From Candidatus Aminicenantes bacterium (GTDB taxonomy: Bacteria > Acidobacteriota > Aminicenantia > Aminicenantales > UBA4085): a stretch of DNA of 64,000 nucleotides. The stretch is from assembly GCA_022866045.1 (NCBI GenBank), contig JALHTW010000049.1:11041-75040 (forward strand), given 5' to 3'. The notes under the pieces were generated by a model. The model saw only the letters and a list, made by a program, of their open reading frames with translations. It did not search any database and was not told where the DNA came from. Shown one piece after another: positions 20,526-30,318 of the stretch; within the stretch, counting starts at the first letter, position 1, and each line of letters starts with the position of its first letter. Made by a program: the position numbers and the translations under genes.

Positions 20526-21260
20526 TTGCCGGGAGCCATAAAAGCCGTTGTTTTGGCCGCGGGAAAAGGGACGAGGCTCAAGCCCCTCACCGAAACCCTG
20601 CCCAAGGTGATGATTCCCGTGGCCGGGAAACCTGTCCTGGAGTACCATCTCGAACAACTGGCGGCGGCCGGCATCCGGGACGTTTTCATCAACCTCCATC
20701 ATCTGGCGGAGACAATCAAAGCTTATTTCGAGGATGGCCGTCGATGGGGAATCCGGATCACCTATTCTTATGAACCGGACATTCTGGGCACGGCCGGAGC
20801 CGTCAAGAATCTCGAGGACAAGCTGGGCGCAGCCCCGTTTTTAGTGGTTTATGGGGATAATTTCCTAAGCATGGACTACAAGGATTTTATCTCCTTTTCG
20901 GCATCCAGGGCCGGAATCGGAACCATAGGCGTTTTTGAAAAATCCGATGTGAGAGGAAGCGGGATTTTGTCCTTCGACAAGGATCACAGAGTCATCCGCT
21001 TCAAGGAAAAACCGAGGGAGGAGGAGATTTTCAGCCATTGGGTGAGTGCCGGCGTTTTCTATTTCCAAAAGTCCGTCATGGAGCATATTAAGCCCGGGAT
21101 TTCGGATTTCGGATTTAATGTCCTTCCCGAGTTGATCCACGACGGGGAAAAAATATTTGCGTATCCCTTGACAAACCCGGTCTGGGCCCTCGACGATCCT
21201 CAGCTCCTCCATGAGTTGAAAGCGCAGACAGAAAGAACGGGGGCAAAGGAAAAAAGATAA
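20526..21260 (+). CDS. hddC: sugar-1-phosphate nucleotidyltransferase (HddC-like D-glycero-alpha-D-manno-heptose-1-P guanylyltransferase candidate)
   Basis: AVVLAAGKGTRLKPLTETLPKVMIPVAGKPVLEY NTP-transferase motif. TTG start directly after the upstream stop. Adjacent to an HddA-like kinase. Confidence 0.6.
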   Translation: MPGAIKAVVLAAGKGTRLKPLTETLPKVMIPVAGKPVLEYHLEQLAAAGIRDVFINLHHLAETIKAYFEDGRRWGIRITYSYEPDILGTAGAVKNLEDKLGAAPFLVVYGDNFLSMDYKDFISFSASRAGIGTIGVFEKSDVRGSGILSFDKDHRVIRFKEKPREEEIFSHWVSAGVFYFQKSVMEHIKPGISDFGFNVLPELIHDGEKIFAYPLTNPVWALDDPQLLHELKAQTERTGAKEKR

Positions 21261-21295
21261 GGACGGCCTAAGTCGTTCCTTGTGGGAGAAGAAAT

Positions 21296-22297
21296 ATGAT
21301 CATCGTCAGAACTCCTTTCAGGATCACCCTCGGAGGCGGAGGAACAGACCTGCCCTCTTATTATTCCAAATTTGGAGGATTCATCTTTGCCGCCGGCATC
21401 AACAAATATATGTTCATCAGCGTGAACCGGCCCGTCGTCGACGATCTCGTGCGGGTCAAATATTCGAAATCGGAGATCGTCTCTCACCGGGACGAACTCC
21501 AACACGACATTGCCCGGGAAGCCATGAGAATGATGGAGATCGATAGGGCGTTGGAAATCGTTTCAATGGCCGATGTCCCGGCTGGAACGGGTCTGGGCTC
21601 TTCGAGCTGCTATGCCGTAGGGCTTCTCAATGCCTTGCACACGATGAAAAGGGATTACGTAACCCTTCAGCAGGTGGCTGAAGAGGCGTGCCACTTGGAA
21701 ATCGAGGTCCTGGGCAAGCCGATCGGGAAACAGGACCAGTACATGGCCGCCTTCGGGGGCCTGTCTGTGCTGGAGATCGGGAAGGACGGAAACGTCAAGG
21801 TGAGAAAGGCCAATATCTCCGAGACAACGATTGATGATCTCAACCAGAATCTGATCATATGGTATACAGGCACATCTCGCAGTGCCGACGAGATTCTCTC
21901 CGAACAAAGCCGGGGCGCTCAGGAGCAAAGAAAAGAAGTTCTGGAAAGCATGCATGACATCAAAGATATTGGCTACGAAATCCTTAAGGCCGTCGAAAGC
22001 GGCAATTTGACGGACGTCGGCTTGATGTTTGACCGCCACTGGCAATACAAAAAAAAGATCTCGGCCAAAATGTCAAACTCCCGCTTCGATCAGATCTATG
22101 AGGCCGCCAAAAAGAACGGAGCGCTGGGGGGCAAAATCCTGGGAGCTGGCGGAGGAGGATTCTTCCTGTTCTATGTCGAGGAACATCACGGTCGATTTCG
22201 GGAGAAAATGAAAGAGCTGGGCTTGAGGGAAATGCGCTACAGGTTTGAGTTCGAAGGAACAAAGGTATTGGCCAATTTCATGGACGGTGTCCGATGA
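21296..22297 (+). CDS. hddA: GHMP kinase, D-glycero-alpha-D-manno-heptose 7-phosphate kinase-like
   Basis: MIIVRTPFRITLGGGGTDLPSYY N-terminus and PAGTGLGSSSCYAVGL GHMP motif. Confidence 0.7.
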   Translation: MIIVRTPFRITLGGGGTDLPSYYSKFGGFIFAAGINKYMFISVNRPVVDDLVRVKYSKSEIVSHRDELQHDIAREAMRMMEIDRALEIVSMADVPAGTGLGSSSCYAVGLLNALHTMKRDYVTLQQVAEEACHLEIEVLGKPIGKQDQYMAAFGGLSVLEIGKDGNVKVRKANISETTIDDLNQNLIIWYTGTSRSADEILSEQSRGAQEQRKEVLESMHDIKDIGYEILKAVESGNLTDVGLMFDRHWQYKKKISAKMSNSRFDQIYEAAKKNGALGGKILGAGGGGFFLFYVEEHHGRFREKMKELGLREMRYRFEFEGTKVLANFMDGVR

Positions 22298-23157
22298 TTC
22301 ATCGTTTGAAACGTCTGGAAGGAAAGAACATCGTCATTACGGGAGGAAGTCTAGGGATCGGCTATGAGGTCGCCCTGAAGTGTGCGGAGAACGGGGCCAG
22401 GATCGCCATCGTCTCCCGGACGGAGAAAGATCTTCGGGCCGCTTGGGAAAAGCTTCGCAGCATGTCCCGGCAGGAACATCTCTGCCGGACCCTCAATGTC
22501 GGCGAAAAGGATCACGTCCGAGCATTTGCGGAAGAGATAAGGGCCGCCTGGGGCTCGGTCGACGGGCTGGTGAACTGCGCGGGAGTCCTTGGCCCGATCG
22601 GACGCATCAATGACATCGACATGGAGATGTTCGTCGAGGCCATCCGGATCAATCTGTTGGGCACGGCCTTCATGTGCCATTATTTCGTTCCTCTTATGAG
22701 GAATCGGGATGCCAGGATCGTCAATTACAGCGGCGGGGGAGCGACCGAATCCTTGCCCAACTATTCGGCCTACGCGGCAAGCAAGGCCGCCGTCGTCAGG
22801 CTGACGGAAAACCTGTCCAAGGAATTGTCCATCTGGGATATTGCGGTCAACGCCATCGCCCCCGGTTTTGTCGTGACCAGACTGCATCAGGAAACGCTCA
22901 AGGCCGGAGAAAAGGCGGGGCCTCTTTATTTGAAAAGGACAAAGGACCAGATCGGAAAAGGAGGCGTTCCTCCCGAGAAGGCGGCCGAACTGACTGTTTT
23001 CCTGCTTTCCGGGGAATCCCGAGGCATCACCGGAAAGCTCATCAGCGCACCCTGGGACCCTTGGCAGGAATCATCATTTCTAGAAAGGCTCAGGAAAGAA
23101 GAACACCTGGCCACTCTTCGTCGCATCGACGACAAGATATTCTTTGAAAAAAGATGA
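22294..23157 (+). CDS. short-chain dehydrogenase/reductase (classical SDR)
   Basis: ITGGSLGIGYEVAL (TGxxxGIG) and YSAYAASKAAV (YxxxK). Confidence 0.8.
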   Translation: MIHRLKRLEGKNIVITGGSLGIGYEVALKCAENGARIAIVSRTEKDLRAAWEKLRSMSRQEHLCRTLNVGEKDHVRAFAEEIRAAWGSVDGLVNCAGVLGPIGRINDIDMEMFVEAIRINLLGTAFMCHYFVPLMRNRDARIVNYSGGGATESLPNYSAYAASKAAVVRLTENLSKELSIWDIAVNAIAPGFVVTRLHQETLKAGEKAGPLYLKRTKDQIGKGGVPPEKAAELTVFLLSGESRGITGKLISAPWDPWQESSFLERLRKEEHLATLRRIDDKIFFEKR

Positions 23158-24224
23158 GTTCACAAGTGTCCTCCAGTCACGTATTCGGCGTCGGCGTCAT
23201 CGGCGCCGGCCTCATCGGGAACAAGCGGGCCGAGGCCGTCAGACAACTGGCCATGGGCCGGATTCTGGGAGTCGCGGATGTGGATCGGGAAAAAGCCTCG
23301 ACCTTTGCTGACAAGTTCGGCTGTCCCTCCTATTCCGATCCTCAAGAGCTCCTGAAAAGCAGGGACGTCGAGATCGTGATTGTCGCAACCGTTAACAAGT
23401 TCCTAGCTCCCCTCAGCTGTTCCGCTCTCGATCAGGGAAAACACGTTCTCTGTGAAAAACCCCTCGGCCGCAACGCCGATGAATCTCGAGAGATCGTGAC
23501 CTGCGCGGCTAGGAACAAGGTCGTGCTGAAGACGGGTTTCAATCACAGGCATCATCCTGCCGTCTGGAAGGCCAAACAGCTGGTGGACGAGGGCCGGCTC
23601 GGGCCCCTCTATTTCCTCCGCTGCTCTTATGGGCATGGCGGACGCTCGGGCTACGAAAAAGAATGGCGGGCCGATAAAGACCTCTGCGGAGGGGGAGAGC
23701 TGCTGGACCAAGGAGTTCATGTTGTTGACCTCTTCAGGTGGTTTGCGGGCGATTTTGAGGAAGTGTTCGGGGTCCTCCCCACGTATTATTGGGACATGAA
23801 GGTCGAGGATAACGCCTTCGCCGTCCTGAGAACGCCAAAGAAACAGACGGCCGTCATGCATACGAGTTGGACCCAATGGAAGAATAAATTCCGGTTTGAG
23901 ATTTTCGGGGAAAAGGGATATCTCGCCGTGGACGGCCTGGGCGGTAGCTATGGAATGGAGAAACTGGTCGTCGGGAAACGAAGAGTATCGGCCGAAAGCG
24001 GTCACCCAATATACCTCAGTGGCCCCCCCGATGAGGAGGTCATCGAATTCCCGGGCCCGGATATCTCATGGATGGAAGAATGGAAAGAATTTGTTCAAGC
24101 TATTGTGGGAAAAAGAGTTCCATGCGGGTCCGGATATGATGGTCTGATGGCCAACAGACTGATCGATGCGGTGTATCGATCGGCCAGGATCAACAGCCCG
24201 GTCAAGGTCGGGAATGAAGACTAG
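23154..24224 (+). CDS. Gfo/Idh/MocA-family oxidoreductase
   Basis: VGVIGAGLIGNKRAEAV Rossmann and EKP region. ATGA overlap with the upstream SDR. Confidence 0.65.
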   Translation: MSSQVSSSHVFGVGVIGAGLIGNKRAEAVRQLAMGRILGVADVDREKASTFADKFGCPSYSDPQELLKSRDVEIVIVATVNKFLAPLSCSALDQGKHVLCEKPLGRNADESREIVTCAARNKVVLKTGFNHRHHPAVWKAKQLVDEGRLGPLYFLRCSYGHGGRSGYEKEWRADKDLCGGGELLDQGVHVVDLFRWFAGDFEEVFGVLPTYYWDMKVEDNAFAVLRTPKKQTAVMHTSWTQWKNKFRFEIFGEKGYLAVDGLGGSYGMEKLVVGKRRVSAESGHPIYLSGPPDEEVIEFPGPDISWMEEWKEFVQAIVGKRVPCGSGYDGLMANRLIDAVYRSARINSPVKVGNED

Positions 24225-25413
24225 GATCGGTATCCTGACGGGCGGCGGCGACGTCCAGGCCCTCAACGCCGTTTTAGCGGCGGCTCAAAAAAAGGCCCAT
24301 TCTTTGGGCATCGAGCTTCTGGGATTCATCCGAGGATGGGAAGGCGTTCTGAAGGAAGAGTGGGTCGGCCTTTCCTCCCTTTCCTTTTCGCCCCGACTGG
24401 GCGGGACGGTCCTGAAATCCTCGCGCCTCAACTTCCAAAAGATTCCCAGGAGCCCGGAAATCGTCCTTGAGAAATTGGCCAAGAACCGCATCACGGGATT
24501 GATCGTCATCGGCGGTGAAGACACCCTGTCCAATGCCTTTTTGATCAAATCATTTCCCCTTGTCCTCATTTCAAAAACGATCGACAACGATGTTGGACAG
24601 ATCGGTCCCGGCGACAGAGAATTCAAAAAGGAAGAGGTCTTCAACTATTTCACCCTTGGCTTCCCCACGGCCGCCGGAAAAATCGTCTCTTTTGTCAGTT
24701 TGAAAGAAGGATTGAGGACGACCGCGTATTCCCATGAACGGATCATCGTCGTCGAATCCATGGGTATGCACGCGGGCTGGCTGGCCCTGGCCTCGGGTCT
24801 AGGGCATCCCGATTTCATCATCATCCCCGAATTTCCTCTTAATTATGATCTCTTGCTGGAGAAGGTAATCCGCGCCTATGAATCGCAGAGACACGTCATC
24901 ATCGTCGTGGCCGAAGGAGCCCGCTGGGAAGATGGGTCAAATGTGTACTCGGAGAAGGACGAGAGCGAGGAATTCGCCCATCCCCGTTTTGGAGGATCGG
25001 CCGCCGCTCTGAAAAAGAGGCTGAAGAATGATTTGTCTCCTTATTTTGATACGAGAAACGTTAATTCCGTCAATCCTTCCTATCTTTATCGGTCCGGAGC
25101 TCCCTGTCCGTTGGACCTCCGGTGGGCTCAAAGAATAGGAGAAAAGGCGGTCTCTCTTCTGGCCGGCCGGGCTCAAGAAAGTTCTTTTCTGGCGATCCAA
25201 AAGATCCCCTCGGGTTTCCGCCTGCAGATCGCGAGTCTCTCCCGGTTCGGGTCCATTGACGAACTGCACAGGTTTGTTGATAATAGGTTCTACGATCCCC
25301 GGGAATTCCGGATTACGGCGAAGGGCATGGCCTATTTGAAACCGATCGTCAAGGAAATTTCTCCGGATGATTCCTACGGGATCAGGAAGCCGGAACCGGC
25401 GCGGAAGGATTAA
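24215..25413 (+). CDS. phosphofructokinase-family sugar-phosphate kinase
   Basis: MKTRIGILTGGGDVQALNAVL and IGGEDTLSNA (PFK GGDGS-like) motifs. Context is heptose/sedoheptulose metabolism. Confidence 0.55.
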
Positions 25414-25420
25414 GAAAAGA

Positions 25421-26017
25421 ATGGATCATGTCGACACGTATCTCCTTGAGGTGAAAGAGATCATCGATAAAATCGATAAAAATCAAATTACAAAGATGAT
25501 TAGCCTGCTCCAAAAGGTCAGGGACGGAAAAGGAAGGGTTTTCTTTCTGGGAGTCGGGGGAGGAGCGGCCAACGCCTCCCATGCGGTGAACGACTTCCGG
25601 AAAATCTGCGGTTTCGAGGCTTATACCCCCCTGGATAATGTGGCCGAATTGACGGCCCGAACGAACGATGATGGGTGGGAGACCGTCTTCGTCCATTGGC
25701 TCCGGCAAAGCCGCCTCAATGAAAAGGACGCCCTCTTCATTTTCTCCGTGGGCGGGGGAAATTCGGAGAAGAACGTCAGCCGGAACCTGGTCCGGGCTAT
25801 CGACTTCGCAAAAAAAGCCGAAGCCAAGATCCTGGGGATCGTCGGCCGAGACGGAGGCTATACGGCCCAAAAGGCGGATGCCTGCATCGTTGTCCCCACC
25901 GTCAACCCCAAGGCCGTCACGCCGCACACGGACTCGTTCCAGTCCATCATCTGGCACATGATCGTCAGTCATCCGGAGATGAAGGCGTGTGAGATGAAAT
26001 GGGAATCCGTTAAATGA
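25421..26017 (+). CDS. gmhA: SIS-domain sedoheptulose-7-phosphate isomerase (GmhA-like)
   Basis: GRVFFLGVGGGAANASHAVNDF SIS motif, about 200 aa. Confidence 0.7.
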   Translation: MDHVDTYLLEVKEIIDKIDKNQITKMISLLQKVRDGKGRVFFLGVGGGAANASHAVNDFRKICGFEAYTPLDNVAELTARTNDDGWETVFVHWLRQSRLNEKDALFIFSVGGGNSEKNVSRNLVRAIDFAKKAEAKILGIVGRDGGYTAQKADACIVVPTVNPKAVTPHTDSFQSIIWHMIVSHPEMKACEMKWESVK

Positions 26018-26029
26018 TAGGAGAAGGGC

Positions 26030-26722
26030 ATGGCGATATTTCTTGATACCGGCAGGATCGAAGACGTCCAGAAATTCATGAATATGGGAATTATCCGAGG
26101 GGTGACGACAAACCCCTCGATTCTTCTGAAATCCGGCGTAACGGGAGGTCCGGCGGCCATCAAAAAAAGGTCCATCGAGATCGCCAACCTTATTAAGCCT
26201 TACCCGCTCTCCGTCGAAGTCACAACCAACGATCCCCCCCAAATGATCGAACAGGCAAAAGAATTTGCCGGCTGGGCCGAGAATATCAACGTCAAAATCA
26301 CCGTCCATGGCCCCCAGGGTGAGTTGGACAATTTCGAAGTCGCCCATCTGTTGGAAAAAAAATTCGATATCCGGGTGAATATGACGGCGATAATGAGCGC
26401 TCAGCAGTGCCTCTTGGGAGCCCTGGCCGGCGCCACATACGTCTCTCTTTTCGGGGGGAGAGTCAACAACATGGGCTACAACTGCGTCGAGGAAATCCGG
26501 AAAGCCCGGATCGTCCTGGATGATCAACAATTGAAGGCGAAAATCATCGTCGGATCGACCAGGGAAATCCTCAACGTCATCGAGTGGCTTGAGGCCGGAG
26601 CTCACATCGTAACCGTCGTGCCCGAACTCCTCCAGGGAATGATCGTCCATCCTTACAGCAAAGAAACGGTCCAGATGTTTCTGGACGACGCCAGAAAAGC
26701 TGAGGAAAAACTCAAGGCTTAG
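26030..26722 (+). CDS. transaldolase / fructose-6-phosphate aldolase family (TalC/Fsa)
   Basis: MAIFLDTGRIEDVQKFMNMGIIRGVTTNPSIL, about 230 aa. Can supply sedoheptulose 7-phosphate to the heptose branch. Confidence 0.75.
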   Translation: MAIFLDTGRIEDVQKFMNMGIIRGVTTNPSILLKSGVTGGPAAIKKRSIEIANLIKPYPLSVEVTTNDPPQMIEQAKEFAGWAENINVKITVHGPQGELDNFEVAHLLEKKFDIRVNMTAIMSAQQCLLGALAGATYVSLFGGRVNNMGYNCVEEIRKARIVLDDQQLKAKIIVGSTREILNVIEWLEAGAHIVTVVPELLQGMIVHPYSKETVQMFLDDARKAEEKLKA

Positions 26723-26783
26723 GGCATCTCCAGGCCTCGGCGACATTCCGAATCCCCTTTACTTTACTCCCAAGGGAACGCTT

Positions 26784-28049
26784 TTGGGAAAAAGAATCGT
26801 CAGCAAAATTGGACTTCGACCCTGGCTGGGAGTTCTCTGTTGTTCCGTGGCCATTTACCTCACCGTTCCCCTGGCGAGAAGGATCCAAAGATTTGTTTAC
26901 GTGAGATGGGGAAGAGAGGTCTTTCTCTATTTTGTCTTGAGTGTCCTGGCTCTCGGCTTTCTCATCTTGCTCTCCGTCTTGATCGTCAAGTTGAAGATCA
27001 AGACTCCATCCAACTACATCTGGCTGCTGATCACGGGCGGGCTGTATGCTTATTTCGCCCTGCAATTAAAAAGTTCTCCGGAAGAGGCCGTTCATTTTCT
27101 TGAATACGGGTTGCTGGGGTATTTCCTTTTCCGGGCCCTCAATCTTTCCATCAGGGATAAGAGCGTTTATCTCTCGGCCACCCTTTTTGCCCTCCTGATC
27201 GGGACCTTCGACGAGATCCTCCAATGGATCATTCCTTTGAGATATTGGGATTTCCGCGATGCGGGTCTCAACGGTCTATCGGGAGGATTGTTCCAATTGG
27301 CTGTCTGGAAGGTGGTCAAGCCGAAGACCACGCGGGATAAATTTTCGAGAAGAAGCTACCGGACCCTGACCATCATTTTCAGCGTCTGTCTAGCCCTCTT
27401 TGCTCTCTGCGCTTCCAATACTCCAAAGAGAGTCGCCGTCTACACAAGGTGGCTCCCCATTTTATCCTTCCTGCAAAAGGAAGAACCCATGAGCGAGTTC
27501 GGATTCAAGCACAGAGACCGGGACATCGGCATATTCTACTCCCGGTTGAGTCTCGCCGAGCTCAAAAAAACCGACGCAACCCAGAGTGATTATTGGGCCC
27601 CGATTCTCGATACCTCCAAGGATATCCGGTATGATGATTTTTTGGCAAAATATCCTCCCCTGACATTCCCCTTTCTTTATGAGCTCCGGGTTCACACATA
27701 CCGCAGGAACACTTATTATGGAAAGGCCGATTCGGCCTCAAGCCCCAAAGACAGAAAGGAGTTCTGCTGGATTGCCTACAAAGAAGACCTTATTTTAAGG
27801 AAATATTTTTCCCAGACCTATGCCAAGTCGCTCTACAGATGGGATGATAGCGTTTTTTCGAACATCTGCGGAGCCGTGGATAAGTCCAAACCCTATAAGA
27901 GCGCGGTTAGCGCGAGACTGATCACCGCCTTCTCCGAAAGAACGATGTGGGCGGTCGTATTGAGCGTCATCCTGATTCTCAATATAATCAATAGGATATG
28001 GAGATTCCAGGAACGTAGACGGGAGAGCCCTCGCCAGCCAGTTTCTTAG
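26784..28049 (+). CDS. VanZ-like domain membrane protein with C-terminal extension
   Basis: Four N-terminal TM helices with the EEAVHFLEYGLLGYFLFRAL motif typical of the VanZ family. Confidence 0.4.
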   Translation: MGKRIVSKIGLRPWLGVLCCSVAIYLTVPLARRIQRFVYVRWGREVFLYFVLSVLALGFLILLSVLIVKLKIKTPSNYIWLLITGGLYAYFALQLKSSPEEAVHFLEYGLLGYFLFRALNLSIRDKSVYLSATLFALLIGTFDEILQWIIPLRYWDFRDAGLNGLSGGLFQLAVWKVVKPKTTRDKFSRRSYRTLTIIFSVCLALFALCASNTPKRVAVYTRWLPILSFLQKEEPMSEFGFKHRDRDIGIFYSRLSLAELKKTDATQSDYWAPILDTSKDIRYDDFLAKYPPLTFPFLYELRVHTYRRNTYYGKADSASSPKDRKEFCWIAYKEDLILRKYFSQTYAKSLYRWDDSVFSNICGAVDKSKPYKSAVSARLITAFSERTMWAVVLSVILILNIINRIWRFQERRRESPRQPVS

Positions 28050-28086
28050 GTTTGAGACAGGCAGAATTTGATATAAGGATGATGGA

Positions 28087-30147
28087 ATGAACAAAAACAA
28101 GAGACACCGGCTTCTTCTCGGGTTCACGCTCCTCCTTTACGTCGGTGGTTTCACTCTTTTTTATTCCCGATATGTCCCGCTCCTAAAATCCTTTCAGATC
28201 GCTCTTGTCGTTCCTCTCCTCATCAATTTCATCCTGGCCTGCCTGAAAAAGGAATGGGGAATTCTCTTCTTTGTCGGGGCCTTCCCTTTGATCAATAATC
28301 TTCCCTATATGTTCGGCATCTTCGAGACTTCTCCCCATGCCCCGACGGCCCTCGTCCTGTTTTTGGCCTTCTTCCTGGGATACCTCATCAATCAGATGAT
28401 CCATCCGGCCGAAGCCGAAAGTCCCGGGAATCCTGATATCCTGAAACCCCTCCTCCTGTACTCGGGGGTCATCGCGGCTTCCGGGATCATCACGTTCATC
28501 AAGTATGCCAACTTCACGCCTCTCCTGTCGGACCGGATCTACGAACTCATCGTCAACACCAACATGGTCACGGCGGGCGGGGCCCTGATGAGCGTCGTCT
28601 TCAATTCGCTGAATTATCTGACCGGATTCCTTTTTTTCTTCATCCTGGCCAAATCATTGAAGACCAGAGAATTCCTGAACGCTGCCCTCGTTCTTCTTTC
28701 CCTATCGACTTTCATCGCCCTCGTCTTTTCCCTTGTTCAAAAATTTCTTTCCCTCTCCCTCGGGAATACGCCTCATTGGATTAATGCCCAACAAATCAAT
28801 GCTACGTTCAAGGACCCGAATTCGTTCGGGGTTTTTCTCTCCTCGTGTCTCCCCTTGTTTCTTGGCCTAGCCTTCTTCGGCTCCAAAGCGATGAGGTTGT
28901 TCTCCTCCGTCCTTATCGTTTTTTCCCTCTTCGTTTTTCCTTCGATCGGATCGCGAAGCGCCTTCCTCGGGCTTATCACGGCGTTCGGTCTTTTCTTTCT
29001 CTTGACCTTCCTCAAAGGAGGATTCGTCAGGAAAAAGGGCACTCATTTAGCCGTCATTCTGACGATCGCCCTTGTCGTCATCGTCGTGGCCGCCGTTTTA
29101 TTCAGGAACACCAAGCTGTATTCCCGACTCAGCTCAAACGTGAAAGACCTCAGGACAAATTTCTCCGTCAACCTCCTGTTCTCGGGGAAGCCGGGTTTCT
29201 GGTCCGTGGCGTCCCGCATGGCCGGAAGCTATCCCCTTACGGGAGTCGGCATCGGAGGTTTCATTGTCGAATTGCCGAACTATTACAAATTGAAGGGCCT
29301 CCCCCTGGATCAAACGGATGCCGCGGAAAACTATTTGTTTCAAGTTTGGTCTGAGCTGGGGTTGCTCGGTCTTCTCCTGGTTTTTTGGCTGTTCGTGACC
29401 ATCATCAAAGAGATGAGAAAAAGCTTTTCAAGAATTCCCCGCGGCGATAAGTCCATATTCCTACTCAACGGAGCCATCGCCGGCGTCGTTTCCTTTTTCG
29501 TCAATTTCCAATTCCATACCTACATCGGAAGCTATGAGGCAAAATATATGTTCTGGTTCCTTGTGGGGATCATCTTTGCTCTTGGCCGAATTTATCAGAA
29601 GCCTGAGGAGGAAGAAGAAAAGAATCTATTCAGCATAAAGTTCAAAATCGCCGGAGCGATTCTCATCCTGACTTTCGCTTCCGTCCATCTCTGGAACTCC
29701 GCTCATTCTCTCTCCCTCAAAACCAGCACGGCCCGATACGGCCTCCAGCAGGATTTCGGCGTGGACAAGCTGGAAAAAACGGATGACGGGCGGGAATTCC
29801 GCTGGACCCGAAGCTACGGCGGCCTGACCCTCAAGGTCGAAAAGCCGGTCATGGAGATTTCCCTCCTCGCCTCCCATCCGGATATCCGGAAAAATCCCGT
29901 CCGGGTGAAGATCTACATCGTCAAAGGTTTCTTTAAAGAGAAAAAGCTTTTAGCCGAGCTCACACTCAAGTATAGCATCTGGGAAAAGTACGAATTTTCC
30001 ATTCCGGAAGATTTAAATCAGACCGTGATCCTCCTCATCAAAGTGAGCCGGACGTGGAACCCCCTCAAGACATTCGGCACCCCGGACCCCAGGAATCTGG
30101 GGGTGGCCGTCGGTCCGATTCAGTTTAAAGATAAATCCGGCCCCTAA
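28087..30147 (+). CDS. large polytopic membrane protein, putative O-antigen ligase/polymerase-like (Wzy_C-like) with C-terminal periplasmic domain
   Basis: About 12 TM helices over ~500 aa, then a soluble ~170 aa tail. Last plus-strand gene of the glycan locus. Confidence 0.35.
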   Translation: MNKNKRHRLLLGFTLLLYVGGFTLFYSRYVPLLKSFQIALVVPLLINFILACLKKEWGILFFVGAFPLINNLPYMFGIFETSPHAPTALVLFLAFFLGYLINQMIHPAEAESPGNPDILKPLLLYSGVIAASGIITFIKYANFTPLLSDRIYELIVNTNMVTAGGALMSVVFNSLNYLTGFLFFFILAKSLKTREFLNAALVLLSLSTFIALVFSLVQKFLSLSLGNTPHWINAQQINATFKDPNSFGVFLSSCLPLFLGLAFFGSKAMRLFSSVLIVFSLFVFPSIGSRSAFLGLITAFGLFFLLTFLKGGFVRKKGTHLAVILTIALVVIVVAAVLFRNTKLYSRLSSNVKDLRTNFSVNLLFSGKPGFWSVASRMAGSYPLTGVGIGGFIVELPNYYKLKGLPLDQTDAAENYLFQVWSELGLLGLLLVFWLFVTIIKEMRKSFSRIPRGDKSIFLLNGAIAGVVSFFVNFQFHTYIGSYEAKYMFWFLVGIIFALGRIYQKPEEEEEKNLFSIKFKIAGAILILTFASVHLWNSAHSLSLKTSTARYGLQQDFGVDKLEKTDDGREFRWTRSYGGLTLKVEKPVMEISLLASHPDIRKNPVRVKIYIVKGFFKEKKLLAELTLKYSIWEKYEFSIPEDLNQTVILLIKVSRTWNPLKTFGTPDPRNLGVAVGPIQFKDKSGP

Positions 30148-30250
30148 ATTCTTCCCGCTTTTTGACGCCCTTCCCTGTTATTTCTCCCACTTTTAAGAAA
30201 AGAGAGGAGGCTTTTAGTCTCGAGAAATAATCCCATCCAAATACATTAGA

Positions 30251-30280
30251 ATGAGCGGCCTACGGGCCGCTCATTTTTTT
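30251..30280. terminator. bidirectional rho-independent terminator between convergent genes
   Basis: Perfect 10-bp stem atgagcggcc/ggccgctcat with a 4-nt loop, followed by TTTTTTT. Lies between the 3' ends of genes at 30147 (+) and 30319 (-). Confidence 0.75.
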
Positions 30281-30318
30281 ATGCCGGGCCTGTTCCAGGG
30301 CCGGGAGGCGTGTCTTTG

